A stretch of 64,000 nt of DNA from a virus. The stretch is from positions 23,536 to 87,535 of IMG/VR virus record IMGVR_UViG_3300045988_125731; one strand, 5' to 3'. This document shows, piece by piece, positions 30,810 to 41,076 of this stretch. The position numbers and the translations under genes were made by a program. Under the pieces are notes generated by a model. It saw only the letters and a program-made list of their open reading frames with translations. It was not told the DNA's origin and did no database searches. Positions within the stretch are counted from its first letter, which is position 1, and the number at the start of each line of letters is the position of its first letter.

Positions 30810-33800
30810 TTATTTTTTTTGTGGTGCTGTATATACCACATTCCAATCTAATAAAATATCCTCAAATTCAGTATTAGATTGAATAAATTTTCTTTCCGTT
30901 CCACCTTCTATAAAATTAGGATTAAGCAGCCATTTTCTGTCTTGTCTATCTAATATTAATTGGAAGATAGAACCTACACTTATTGGTTTTACACTAAGTT
31001 TATTAAGGTCTTTACATTTATATACCTTAGTAGAAGCGTCATACAAATGCTGAACAGTAATAGTATAATTCTTTTTACTATGACCCTCAACTATTTTAGT
31101 TACAAAATAAAAATCTTTCATTTCTGGATTAGTATAAATAATACACGTATAATATTCTAGTTCAGCGTTAAGTCTTTCTTCTAATAATAAATGTTCATCT
31201 GGTATCATTTTCCAATAGAACTTTAAAAAAGATTGACTATTAAAGTTTTTTAATTGTTTTGGAGTTTCACCACCACAAAATGGAATTAATTGAGAAATAG
31301 GAACTATATATTCCTTAGCCTTACTTAATTGAACTTTATCTCCAAGTTGAATATACGCTTCTAATATCTTACATATCTTGGCTGTTTTACCAAAATTTCT
31401 AAAGAAATTAAGTTTAGCAAGGGCTTGAACTTTAGATTTTCCAACCGCTTGGAATAATAAAGGAATTAATTCTACAAAAGATAAGTTTGAATTATTAACA
31501 GCAACTTCATATAATTTACTTCCATCAGTTGTTCCAAAACCTTTAAGAGAAGATATACCTTTATAGATAATCTTATGTCCGTTTTCTATGCCAATTGCGT
31601 AATTATCTTTAGATTTTCCAAATTCAATACTATAAATAGGAATACCTAATTGCTGTGCTAAAGAAGTTCCATCTTGAATATCTTTGTTATTCGCAGCACA
31701 ATTTAAGAACGCTGTAAGAAATTCGTGTGGATAGTAGTATCTTAAGTAAGCACAAATATAAGTTAACATACTATATGCTTGAGCGTGATTGTAGTTAAAT
31801 TGGTAAGAAGCAGAATCCTCAATAATCTTTAAGAAAGTTTTTGCTTCTTCTTCTGCAATTTCTCTTGGTTTGTCAGATTTATTACAATAACCTTCTAATA
31901 TTTTTGGAAGCCATTCAGCAATTTTATCTTCTTTTTTAGCACAAATATAACGTCTAACAGTGTCAGCGTCGCCTCCACTAAAACCACATATTTGTTGCAA
32001 AAACGCAATACAATCTTCTTGGTAAAGCAAATACCCATAATTATTTTTTAAGAGTTCATCTATCATAGGAGATGGATTCTTATACCACTCTTTAGCAAAT
32101 AGTTTATCTCTAAAACTTGCTCCCGAAGGACGGATAGCAGCAGTTACCAAGTCAATATCACTAATACAATGTGGCTCAAACTTCTTTAAAGAACTAAAAG
32201 CAAAATCACCATTCATTTGAAAGAGTCCTACAGGACTATCTAACATATGCTTCCATACCTCTTCGTCATTCCAATTTAGTGTCTTAGAATTAGGGAAGGG
32301 AATATTTGCCAAATCACAAGTTTGTTGAATAATAGAAATGTTCACTAGACTAAGTAAATCGTATTTTAGGATACCGAGTTCGTGCGATTCGTCCATATTC
32401 AAATTAAGAATATGCTTGCTATTTTCTCCACTATTATCCCACACCCAACCAAAGTTATCAGGTAAAGTCCAAGGACAAATTAAAATGCCAGCAGGGTGAA
32501 TACTCCTAGAGATTGAAGTGTTAACTAACCCATCAAAATAATAAAATAATTGTGGATATTTAGCTCTTATATCAGTTTTATTTTCACTTTCATCAGCGTC
32601 ATATTCATCTTTTATTTTATCAATATCAGCAAAGGAATAATCTAAAACTTTACCCACAATATCTATTGTTCCGCGGTCAGCAATTGTTCCGATAGATAAT
32701 ACGTAAGCCGTATGTTCAAGACCAAAACTATCTATAATATGCTTATATATTCTAGGTTTATCTTCATCTCTTACATCGACATCTATATCAGCTAAAACTT
32801 TTCTATTTTCATTGGCAAATCTAGAAAAAATAGTGTGCCATTCTATACTATCAACATCTGTAATACCTAATATATAAGCAATTAAAGAACCACTTACTGA
32901 ACCACGACCTAAACCAACAGGAATGTTATTGCTCTTACACCAACCAATTAAATCAGACATAAACAGCATAAAACTTAACATATCTAATTTATTGAAAACA
33001 TCATATTCTTCTTTAATACGGTCTAAATATTCTTGTTTTTTATCTAAAGGAATATATCCCTTAGCAAGTTTATCTTTAAACATAGTATAAAGTTTTGTTA
33101 AAAAATCTTGCTCAATATTATCACTTATATGGGGGTATTTAAATGAAGTATCTAACGTAAATTCTTCTACACTATCAGCCATCACATTAGTATTTTCAAT
33201 TGCTGATAAATATTCTTCTTCAGTTAACGCCCCTTGTTCTCTAAAACATTCAACTAATTCATCATAAGTTTTGTATGTTAAGTCAAAAGTATCTTCGTCC
33301 CCGTAAGATTGTCCCTTATATTTCATTAATAAGCTACGGCATTCTGCTTTGTGCTTATTTAAACTATGTGTATCAGTTCCTGCTATCAAAGGTTTATGTA
33401 TCACTTTTGATATACGTGCGAGCCACTTATTATATTCAATTTGTTCTTGCGATTTGATATGAGGTTGTACTTCAAGATAGTCATAATGTTGACATAATTT
33501 ATAAAAAGTTTCATCAGAAATAGTAATGCTTTGATTTCCATTTTGTTTTCGATAAGTGTTTAAAGGAGAAGCTAAACAAGCAGATATTTTAATCACATTA
33601 GAGCTGAGTTGAAAGAACTCATCAAATGTAATTCGGGGTGCGTAGTAGTAATGCTCTCGGTCGCTAGCCTTGCTCATAGCAAGATTAATTTCTTTTACAC
33701 CTTCGTAGTTTTTAGCAAGCAAAATAGTATGGTAATTATCACGTATTTTGTTGTCTAGTGATTGTGTTAAGTAGCACTCTACTCCGTGTATGTATTTAAG

Positions 33801-33983
33801 CCCATTTTGGTCGCATAATTGCTTTTTTGAAACCCAGTCGTATAAATTACCGTGTTCCGTAAACGCAATCGATTTTTGACCCAATTTTACGGCTAATTCA
33901 ACATAATCTTTGGCTTTAGTACAACTATCTAACAAAGATAAATCAGTATGTAAATGATAACATACGTAATTATTTGTACTCAT
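30810..33983 (-). CDS. dnaE: DNA polymerase III alpha subunit (DnaE-type) with N-terminal PHP domain
   Basis: PHP motif YHLHTDLSLLDS. Palm motif GRGSVSGSLIAYILGITDVDSIEWHTIFSRFANENRKVLADIDVD. 1057 aa. Confidence 0.85.
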   Translation of the reverse strand: MSTNNYVCYHLHTDLSLLDSCTKAKDYVELAVKLGQKSIAFTEHGNLYDWVSKKQLCDQNGLKYIHGVECYLTQSLDNKIRDNYHTILLAKNYEGVKEINLAMSKASDREHYYYAPRITFDEFFQLSSNVIKISACLASPLNTYRKQNGNQSITISDETFYKLCQHYDYLEVQPHIKSQEQIEYNKWLARISKVIHKPLIAGTDTHSLNKHKAECRSLLMKYKGQSYGDEDTFDLTYKTYDELVECFREQGALTEEEYLSAIENTNVMADSVEEFTLDTSFKYPHISDNIEQDFLTKLYTMFKDKLAKGYIPLDKKQEYLDRIKEEYDVFNKLDMLSFMLFMSDLIGWCKSNNIPVGLGRGSVSGSLIAYILGITDVDSIEWHTIFSRFANENRKVLADIDVDVRDEDKPRIYKHIIDSFGLEHTAYVLSIGTIADRGTIDIVGKVLDYSFADIDKIKDEYDADESENKTDIRAKYPQLFYYFDGLVNTSISRSIHPAGILICPWTLPDNFGWVWDNSGENSKHILNLNMDESHELGILKYDLLSLVNISIIQQTCDLANIPFPNSKTLNWNDEEVWKHMLDSPVGLFQMNGDFAFSSLKKFEPHCISDIDLVTAAIRPSGASFRDKLFAKEWYKNPSPMIDELLKNNYGYLLYQEDCIAFLQQICGFSGGDADTVRRYICAKKEDKIAEWLPKILEGYCNKSDKPREIAEEEAKTFLKIIEDSASYQFNYNHAQAYSMLTYICAYLRYYYPHEFLTAFLNCAANNKDIQDGTSLAQQLGIPIYSIEFGKSKDNYAIGIENGHKIIYKGISSLKGFGTTDGSKLYEVAVNNSNLSFVELIPLLFQAVGKSKVQALAKLNFFRNFGKTAKICKILEAYIQLGDKVQLSKAKEYIVPISQLIPFCGGETPKQLKNFNSQSFLKFYWKMIPDEHLLLEERLNAELEYYTCIIYTNPEMKDFYFVTKIVEGHSKKNYTITVQHLYDASTKVYKCKDLNKLSVKPISVGSIFQLILDRQDRKWLLNPNFIEGGTERKFIQSNTEFEDILLDWNVVYTAPQKK

Positions 33984-34052
33984 ATTTAGTTCTCCTTTCG
34001 TTTACTTTTTTTCATTTGCTTCTATATAATTATATTCCGTTTAAATTTCTTT

Positions 34053-34457
34053 TTAAACTTCTTTACTAATATCTACTACCATATAATTAGGAATATCTTT
34101 TACAATACTAACAATTTTTAATTTAAAATCTTTTGCAAATTCTAAAAAATCTTCAATAGCTGCATAACAATCTTTAGCTTGTTCAACTTCTTCAGTAAGT
34201 AATTTTCCAAAATCTAAGAAATACTCTTTTATTCTATCTTCTTCATCTAAACTAATGCCGATGAATACTTGCGTTGTAATAGGTTGGATATAACTATAAG
34301 CAAAAGAAATATGATTTTTTAATCCACCACTTGTAGTTATCTTTCCACCAAAAGTAGAAGTATTTTCAAACTTTACTCCACATTGCAACAACGCTGTGCT
34401 TATCGCCTCTTGAAAATCTCTAGCACGCATTTGATTATTTGTTATTTGATAAATCAT
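34053..34457 (-). CDS. hypothetical protein
   Basis: 134-aa ORF in the replication operon. Confidence 0.45.
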   Translation of the reverse strand: MIYQITNNQMRARDFQEAISTALLQCGVKFENTSTFGGKITTSGGLKNHISFAYSYIQPITTQVFIGISLDEEDRIKEYFLDFGKLLTEEVEQAKDCYAAIEDFLEFAKDFKLKIVSIVKDIPNYMVVDISKEV

Positions 34458-35744
34458 TTATTCCTCCGTGTTTTTATTTGATTTGGCTCCCCAAATTTTA
34501 TTAAAAGCAGAACCACCGATTATTTCTGGGTTAGTATCTCCAGCTTCTTCTCGTTCTTTCTTTGCTTGTAAATAAGCTTGATAAGGTTTATGTAACCTTG
34601 GAGAATATTCAGATAAGTTTTCAAGTCTATACACATCATCATATGTTACGTCTTGCCACCATAAATTTTCATCTTTAGTTTGTTCATACAATTCTTCAAG
34701 ATGTTCGATTTCTTTAATAGTCCCAACGATAAAGCCTTCAAGAACAATCTTTTCAGCTTCATTATATTCGATTGGTCGTAAACAATTAGAGAATGTAAAT
34801 AACTTTTTAACTTCTTCTGGTAAACAATCTAAAGAATTACTCATACCAACTTCATAAAGATATTCATTAATTTCATCTTCAGAATATTGACCTACTAAAT
34901 TAAACTTTTTAGCATTATTAAAGATAGTTTTTAAAGCAGATTGCAGACCATCTTTATACATTCCAGACTCAGGGTCAAGCACTCCACCAATTTCATCTCG
35001 CTCTAACCTTCTAGACTTAATTTTACCATTGGCTTGTGGATATTCTACTTGAATATATTTTACAAAGTTCCACGCTAGATTAATATCTGAAATTGGAATG
35101 TTTTCGTTTTGTTGAAACGCAAGAGCATAGAACTCTAGTTGTCTTTTTAACTTTTCTGCTTTAGCATTTTGATAGAAAGTTGAGGTTTTATAATCTATAA
35201 TGTCTACTTTTCCATCTTCTTTCCAGTTCAAAAAGTCTATAAAGCATTGAATAAGATAATTTTTACCTTTACTATCAGTTAACACACAAGGATAAAATTT
35301 TTCACATTCTACTAAACCCTCGTCCTTTACAACATTGGTTAAGAAATGTTTAACACTATTAACAAACTTACGGGCTAATTTTTCATTAGCAGCAATACAC
35401 GCTTGTTTAGTTTCTTCGTCTGCGTTAGGGTTAACATAAACAAAACTACGACCAAACATTTCTTTTGCTGCAATATAAGCACTTTCAAAATTAATTGTCA
35501 TAGTTTTATTGTCTATATCAGTAGTATAAAACTCTTCCATTTGTGTATGTAAAGCAGTTCCTAACGTTCCATAGATGCTATCTGCTCTATCTGGCTTTAC
35601 TTTTAAAACATACTTTAAAAAATATGTCCATTTATCTTCTAAAAAACAATTAATTCTACTCCAAGAATAAATTTTATCTACTCCGTATTGAAAACGAAGT
35701 AAATCTAATGTATCTTTGTATTGTTGATTTTGATTATTAGGCAT
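34458..35744 (-). CDS. PD-(D/E)XK nuclease family protein (RecB-like exonuclease fold)
   Basis: N-terminal YSWSRINCF...YFLKYV. C-terminal CFIDFLNW...DIIDYKTS, read as a D...DYK nuclease motif. Confidence 0.5.
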   Translation of the reverse strand: MPNNQNQQYKDTLDLLRFQYGVDKIYSWSRINCFLEDKWTYFLKYVLKVKPDRADSIYGTLGTALHTQMEEFYTTDIDNKTMTINFESAYIAAKEMFGRSFVYVNPNADEETKQACIAANEKLARKFVNSVKHFLTNVVKDEGLVECEKFYPCVLTDSKGKNYLIQCFIDFLNWKEDGKVDIIDYKTSTFYQNAKAEKLKRQLEFYALAFQQNENIPISDINLAWNFVKYIQVEYPQANGKIKSRRLERDEIGGVLDPESGMYKDGLQSALKTIFNNAKKFNLVGQYSEDEINEYLYEVGMSNSLDCLPEEVKKLFTFSNCLRPIEYNEAEKIVLEGFIVGTIKEIEHLEELYEQTKDENLWWQDVTYDDVYRLENLSEYSPRLHKPYQAYLQAKKEREEAGDTNPEIIGGSAFNKIWGAKSNKNTEE

Positions 35745-36066
35745 TAGCGTTCTCCCTTCTTTCTTGTGAAATAATAGCAGATAAAAGTTTAGAACTAATT
35801 TTAGTAGTTTCTGTAATAGGTAAGAATTTATGTGTGTGATAATATATTACATCAGCAGACACAATATATCCTGCTTCTTTTTGGCACCCACATTTATAAT
35901 ACCTATCATATATTCGCATTGAAAAAGGTTCTCTATCTCCTTTTTTATTACGAATTAAATTAAATGTTATAAGACCCTTCCCATATATAAAAGAACATTT
36001 AAAATCTTCTATTTTAGGACACAAACTAAGGTCGAACAACATTTCCTTTGTAAATGGATTAGCCAT
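35737..36066 (-). CDS. hypothetical Cys-containing protein (start refined; ATGGCTAA overlap with primase stop)
   Basis: GGAGAGAAAAATTT ATG at 36066. The track start at 36135 would overlap the primase by 77 nt. Confidence 0.4.
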   Translation of the reverse strand: MANPFTKEMLFDLSLCPKIEDFKCSFIYGKGLITFNLIRNKKGDREPFSMRIYDRYYKCGCQKEAGYIVSADVIYYHTHKFLPITETTKISSKLLSAIISQERRENANA

Positions 36067-37102
36067 AAATTTTTCTCTCCTTAAATAATTTTTGATATTC
36101 TTGGTTGGTTTTATCAGCAGGACTTTCAGTTTCACCTAGAATGTTTTGCGTATCTAAGATATAACTTAGTTTTCTTACGTTGTAAAATCTTCTACAAGTT
36201 TCTTGTAAAAATTCTTCTGGAATATCTTTATCAAACGCTACAATAATTTCCACACCTAAAGCCACTAACATTTGTCTTTGTTTAGCAGTTATTTCGTGTG
36301 ACCCTACAGCAACCCCCGTAAAATCTCCATAACTTGCTCTTTGTACTACTGATTTCTCAGCCTCAAAAACTACAACAAAACCAGCCTTTTTAATATCATA
36401 ATAATTTTGGGCAAGTCCAAATAAATATGCTCCCTTATCAAAACCTTTTTCACAGCGATATTTAGGAATTCCTAATTCTTTTGCGTTAGGAATAGTTGTA
36501 CGCCTAACAAAGCCTGCAATAGGTTTTTCAAATTGTTGTGGTGGAATTGCCCACTTAAACCAAGGAATAACAACTGCACTATTAATATTATCAAAGACTA
36601 AAGAATATCTTTGGCAAGCATCAAAAGTACAGCCATCATCTATCCAAGACTTATGAGGAAGTTTTACATATTTATTTAGTTCACTCAACGGATACCCCTC
36701 TGTTTCAAGAGGTTTATTATTATATTTTTTACCCCTTGCTGCTTTATAAACGGCTAATACATCAGGAGTATTCTTTTTAACTTGATTACGGTCAAAAGGA
36801 AGTCCTAAAAGTTCGTGAACCTTTTTTAAAGCATTATAAAAAGAACAGTTGTTATTTAAGTAAGAAACGAAGTCGTAGATATTCCCATTTACACCACGAG
36901 AATACACATTTACAAATAACGTATCTTTTCTTACTGATACGCTTGTAGGATTATCTCCATCTGGTAATGCACATCTAATATCTTTTTGAAAAGATTTTGT
37001 TTCAATGTGCTTACAACCTAACTTTTCTAACAAAGGAATAATCAAATCATTGTTTATAATATACTGAGTTAATTCATTTGCTAACATAATTTTCCTCCTC
37101 AT
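36059..37102 (-). CDS. DNA primase with TOPRIM domain
   Basis: VVVFEAEKSVV ... IVAFDKD reads as a Toprim E...DxD signature. Confidence 0.55.
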   Translation of the reverse strand: MRRKIMLANELTQYIINNDLIIPLLEKLGCKHIETKSFQKDIRCALPDGDNPTSVSVRKDTLFVNVYSRGVNGNIYDFVSYLNNNCSFYNALKKVHELLGLPFDRNQVKKNTPDVLAVYKAARGKKYNNKPLETEGYPLSELNKYVKLPHKSWIDDGCTFDACQRYSLVFDNINSAVVIPWFKWAIPPQQFEKPIAGFVRRTTIPNAKELGIPKYRCEKGFDKGAYLFGLAQNYYDIKKAGFVVVFEAEKSVVQRASYGDFTGVAVGSHEITAKQRQMLVALGVEIIVAFDKDIPEEFLQETCRRFYNVRKLSYILDTQNILGETESPADKTNQEYQKLFKERKIYG

Positions 37103-37141
37103 ATAAATTATAAACCGTTTAAGAAATAAAAGAATAGTAAT

Positions 37142-37714
37142 CTATTCTTTTTTGCTCCAATTATATACACCACAAGGAAACATTTCTGAACACTTTCCAT
37201 TTCGATATATACAAAGCGGTACAAGTAATTCCTTTAATTCAGGGCAAACCTTTATTGCTTCATCACACATTAATTTAACTGCTTCTCTAGTTTCAGGAGA
37301 AGCTTGATAGCACAAACGCTTGTGTGCTAGTTGAATTAATTCTTGAGCGTTAATAGAAAAGATATGTGATACTATTTGACCTTGTGGAGCATTGTTTCTA
37401 TCATACTTAGTTTGTCTATCATTTCTTTGAGTTTGCACATAATGATTACAACCTATATGATGTCTCACAAGATGAACACTAACCCAATAAGGAATTTCTA
37501 GTCGAAACCCAAACCACAGTTCTCTAATAGGGCTGTGTTCTGCTTTAAGTAATTTGCTCTTCCATTCACTATCAACAGTTAGAGAAGAAGATTTTAATTT
37601 CTTCCCAACTGTATTTAAAGTGCATTGTTTAACCCACAACCAATCTTGTTCGGTTGGATATTTTAAAAGTTCTACTTTTATATCTTTAAATTTGTCACTG
37701 ACTACTACAGACAT
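37142..37714 (-). CDS. ThyX-like (flavin-dependent thymidylate synthase fold) protein with non-canonical RHR/Ser motif
   Basis: [31 protein letters not shown] aligns with ThyX [50 protein letters not shown]...CPEL aligns with ThyX TVNARSLMNFLNLRAD...CPW. Confidence 0.5.
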   Translation of the reverse strand: [190 protein letters not shown]

Positions 37715-37953
37715 TAATTACCTCCCCTTTTTGTATATTGTTTTTTAGTATATTGTTTATTTATGTTGTGATTAATTGTTCGTGTATTTCTTTGTTGGTT
37801 TTTGGTTTTGGCGAACTCTAACATTCGATTTAACGCACTCTCACAATACATTTCTCTTTTAGGATTGTTGACCAACGCCCAATCATCGCATACTTGTTTT
37901 TCTGTTCGTGGATTAAAAATAGAACAGAATTGACATCGTTCACATTTGTTCAT
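37714..37953 (-). CDS. small Cys-rich protein (CxxCxxC N-terminus)
   Basis: 79-aa ORF. Confidence 0.4.
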   Translation of the reverse strand: MNKCERCQFCSIFNPRTEKQVCDDWALVNNPKREMYCESALNRMLEFAKTKNQQRNTRTINHNINKQYTKKQYTKRGGN

Positions 37954-37968
37954 TTTTATTTCTCCTTA

Positions 37969-39552
37969 TCAACTAAAAGGGACAAGCGTATACCCGACTT
38001 CTTTAAATATATTTCTGGAATAGTCGGCTTCAATTACTATTTGTCTCTTTTCAGCTTCTCCATTACGATTTTTAACAATAAAAACTAATAGATAATCTTT
38101 TGCTGGGTCTATTGCTACAGGAACTACGTGTTTCCCATCAACTAAAGTTACAACATCTAACTCTGCTTTATTACGCTTATAAGAACTACTAGCCTTAATA
38201 TCGGCTACAGTTTTACCTTCTACACAAGCAGGATTTTCTAACGGTTTTTCATCATCAAACATTCTACGTATCATAAGGTAAACGCTCATTACGTTTGCCA
38301 TTGCTTTACTGCCAGCCGTGTTATCTTTAGTTAAATAACGTTGTCTAACATCGGCAGTTCTAAGTTGTAAAGTACAAAAGATATGTAAATTTTTATTTTC
38401 AGGTTTAATAACATCATAAATATTGGTCATATTCTTACGTAATAATTCCCACTCATTGTCATTAAACTCTGTTCCATCTTCTTTAAAAGTATCAATTGCG
38501 TAGTATTTTACACCTTTGCTAGCGTATTGTTTAATACGTCTAATAACTTCTTTACAATTAAAAACATCAACTGGAACAATTGTAATAAGTTCTTGGTCTT
38601 TCATCTTTTTAAGCCATTCTCCAGCGTCTATAATTAGCTGCTTTTGTTCGGCTGTTAAAGATGACCCATATTTCATTTTACCTTTAGCCATATCTTTTTT
38701 GAATACATTATTTATTACCCAGGCAATAAATTCGATTTGCCACTTTTGACGACTTTCTTCATTAATAAAGATGACTGCTGGTTCTCCGTAATTAATTAAC
38801 GATGTAATATAAACATTACGCATAAAAGTAGATTTTCCTACACCTGTAGGAGCCCCTAATCCAGTAATATCACCCAAAGAACAACCGTTAGTAAGTTGTG
38901 TTAGAAAAGGCATTTCATAATAGGGTAGTCCGACCATTTCATCACTAAATAGTTTTTGAATTGTATCGTCTATTCCATCAGATAAATCATAACCCTTTAA
39001 GTTATTACTTGCTTTAACAAAAGAATTATTGTTAAGATAATCATAATAATCATATATCTCATCATACGTCATATCAATAAAAGTGGAAAATTGCTTTTCA
39101 GTAATATATTGACCACTTTCTATTTTACGATATAATGCTTCCCATTTATTATTGTTGTCTATATAACTTTCAATATTGTCAGCATTAACATATTCACTAG
39201 AAAGCATTTGAATTGTTTCCCAACCACCAGTATTGTCATATACTTCTCTAAGTTTTTGGTGTTTTTCAAGGTATAAATTAATTTCAAGTTCATCTATATG
39301 TTCAAACTTTTCATTTTTCATACCTTTAATAATTTCAAAATAAACTTTCCATTTATTAATACGAAAATCTTCTAAAGTTAAAGTATCATAATCGTAAATT
39401 AGGTCTGGATTTTGATATAAGCAACCAACGATATAACTTTCACTAATGTTCTTGTTGTCGTATAATTTTTGCTGAACTCTAGTAAGTTCGTCTGGAGTAT
39501 TAGATGAAACATTTTGTTGTGCTTGTTGCATATACTCTCCTCCTATTTCCAC
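37969..39552 (-). CDS. DnaB-like replicative DNA helicase
   Basis: Walker A GLGAPTGVGKST. N-terminal DnaB-type helical domain. 527 aa. Confidence 0.75.
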   Translation of the reverse strand: MEIGGEYMQQAQQNVSSNTPDELTRVQQKLYDNKNISESYIVGCLYQNPDLIYDYDTLTLEDFRINKWKVYFEIIKGMKNEKFEHIDELEINLYLEKHQKLREVYDNTGGWETIQMLSSEYVNADNIESYIDNNNKWEALYRKIESGQYITEKQFSTFIDMTYDEIYDYYDYLNNNSFVKASNNLKGYDLSDGIDDTIQKLFSDEMVGLPYYEMPFLTQLTNGCSLGDITGLGAPTGVGKSTFMRNVYITSLINYGEPAVIFINEESRQKWQIEFIAWVINNVFKKDMAKGKMKYGSSLTAEQKQLIIDAGEWLKKMKDQELITIVPVDVFNCKEVIRRIKQYASKGVKYYAIDTFKEDGTEFNDNEWELLRKNMTNIYDVIKPENKNLHIFCTLQLRTADVRQRYLTKDNTAGSKAMANVMSVYLMIRRMFDDEKPLENPACVEGKTVADIKASSSYKRNKAELDVVTLVDGKHVVPVAIDPAKDYLLVFIVKNRNGEAEKRQIVIEADYSRNIFKEVGYTLVPFS

Positions 39553-40109
39553 ACTGAATTTAATTCTTCGATTAGTGGATTTTTCTTTTTTGTTTTTGGC
39601 TTGTAAGTTAAAGTGTTATAACTTTGATTTAAGTTTTCCGTTGTGAGTTGTGATACATTATTAGAATTTTCTCTTAACTTTTTACAACGTTCTTCTATTC
39701 CATTAATATATTGTTCTAAGATATAACACAATAAATTAATTTTATGGTTCTCATCTACCGCTTTTTCAAATGCTTTAATAAGTGAAGCAGTGCAATAAAC
39801 ACTTGTCCAATACACTGCTTCGGTTGAATAAATTTGTTTTAATTCTTCTGGGTGCTTAGCACTAGGTTTACGGAGATATTTTTGACCATATGCTAAACCT
39901 TTAACTCTTAAGATTAATGCCTTAGGAAGTTTTTGTTCTTTCGTATATTGAAAAATATTTGTTTTAATATATTCAAATACATCATTCCACGCTTTATTTA
40001 AAGGTGAGTCAGACTTATCTTCTTCACTTTTTTGTAGGGACTTTTGAGTATTTGTTACACCTTTTGGCAAGGAGTTTGATGTGTTCTCTACACTTTTCTT
40101 ACGTGCCAT
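39543..40109 (-). CDS. hypothetical basic protein (possible helicase loader / replication accessory)
   Basis: Immediately upstream of the dnaB-like gene, with overlapping stop and start. Confidence 0.35.
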   Translation of the reverse strand: MARKKSVENTSNSLPKGVTNTQKSLQKSEEDKSDSPLNKAWNDVFEYIKTNIFQYTKEQKLPKALILRVKGLAYGQKYLRKPSAKHPEELKQIYSTEAVYWTSVYCTASLIKAFEKAVDENHKINLLCYILEQYINGIEERCKKLRENSNNVSQLTTENLNQSYNTLTYKPKTKKKNPLIEELNSVWK

Positions 40110-40184
40110 ATAAATTATACCTCCGTGTTATAAAGTTTCAAAAATAGGGCTATTTTAAGGCTCTATTTAAGGTTTTATTGTTTA

Positions 40185-41057
40185 TTATGCTACATCATCA
40201 GGAATAGTTTTTACAAACTCAAGAATTTGTTTTGTTTGTTCTTCAGTAATATCTTTAAGTGAAGGCTTAGCTCCTGTTTCTCTAATATATTTTAAGATTT
40301 CTGGCATATGTTTACTCTTCTTAGCGATAGCCCCTCTAATAATTTTAGCTCTTGCTACTTCAGGACTTTCTTCTACAGGAGTAGGAGCAGGTTCAACTGG
40401 AGTTGTAGCCACAGGTGTTGTATTAATTGCAGGGGTTGGTGCTACAGGAGTTTCTGTTTTAACTGATTGACCAACAACAGATGGTGTTGGCACTGGTGGA
40501 ACAGAAGTTTTTAATGGAGTTTTAGCACTTGAACCTGTTACGGTTTGGTCGCTCTTAGTTAAGGCATCTAAAGCATCTGGTTCACTAATTTCAAATGCAT
40601 TTTGATATAGATAACGCTTTAAGTATGTATGAATACTACCTAGGTTTTGCACTGGAGTACAACCCTTAACTTCAGAATCTACAACTGGAGTAGCAAATAC
40701 AATAGTGTTTTCAGGTTTATCACAATCAATAATAGTAAGAGTTGCGGTTTCCATATTCATAGTAAATACAGATGTTAAATTATATTTATCTAATAAATAA
40801 TTAACTGTTGGGACAAAGTCTTGTAATTGGAAATATTGGTATCTCGCAAATGTATTTACTCCACTTTTTCTTAAAGGATAAGTTGATAATTCAACTCTTA
40901 TACGTTGTAGTTTAGCGTGTAAAGAAGTAGGTTCCGTTGTAAAATTAATCTTAGCAACTGGAGTAATATAACTAAGAACTTTTTCTTCGGTTACTTCATT
41001 TTCTACATTTTCATTTTTTACTACTGGTTCAATAGGTTTTGTTTTTGCTGTTGCCAT
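40185..41057 (-). CDS. erf: ERF-family single-strand annealing protein
   Basis: KSGVNTFARYQYFQLQDFVPTVNYLLDKYNL and GSIHTYLKRYLYQNAF match ERF motifs. Pro/Thr-rich linker plus C-terminal domain. Confidence 0.65.
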   Translation of the reverse strand: MATAKTKPIEPVVKNENVENEVTEEKVLSYITPVAKINFTTEPTSLHAKLQRIRVELSTYPLRKSGVNTFARYQYFQLQDFVPTVNYLLDKYNLTSVFTMNMETATLTIIDCDKPENTIVFATPVVDSEVKGCTPVQNLGSIHTYLKRYLYQNAFEISEPDALDALTKSDQTVTGSSAKTPLKTSVPPVPTPSVVGQSVKTETPVAPTPAINTTPVATTPVEPAPTPVEESPEVARAKIIRGAIAKKSKHMPEILKYIRETGAKPSLKDITEEQTKQILEFVKTIPDDVA

Positions 41058-41076
41058 AAATAATATTTACCTCCTA

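Noticed and set aside
37142-37714. Calling this gene a bona fide thymidylate synthase (thyX)
   Set aside because: The signature RHR...S is not intact by my alignment. It is kept as a ThyX-like fold of uncertain activity.
29704-38749. Plus-strand ORFs within the minus-strand replication operon (29704..29916, 30200..30526, 30960..31160, 33275..33457, 37554..37748, 37894..38088, 38516..38749)
   Set aside because: They are antisense to strongly supported helicase, polymerase, ThyX-like or DnaB genes. They are hydrophobic or low-complexity artefacts of AT-rich DNA.
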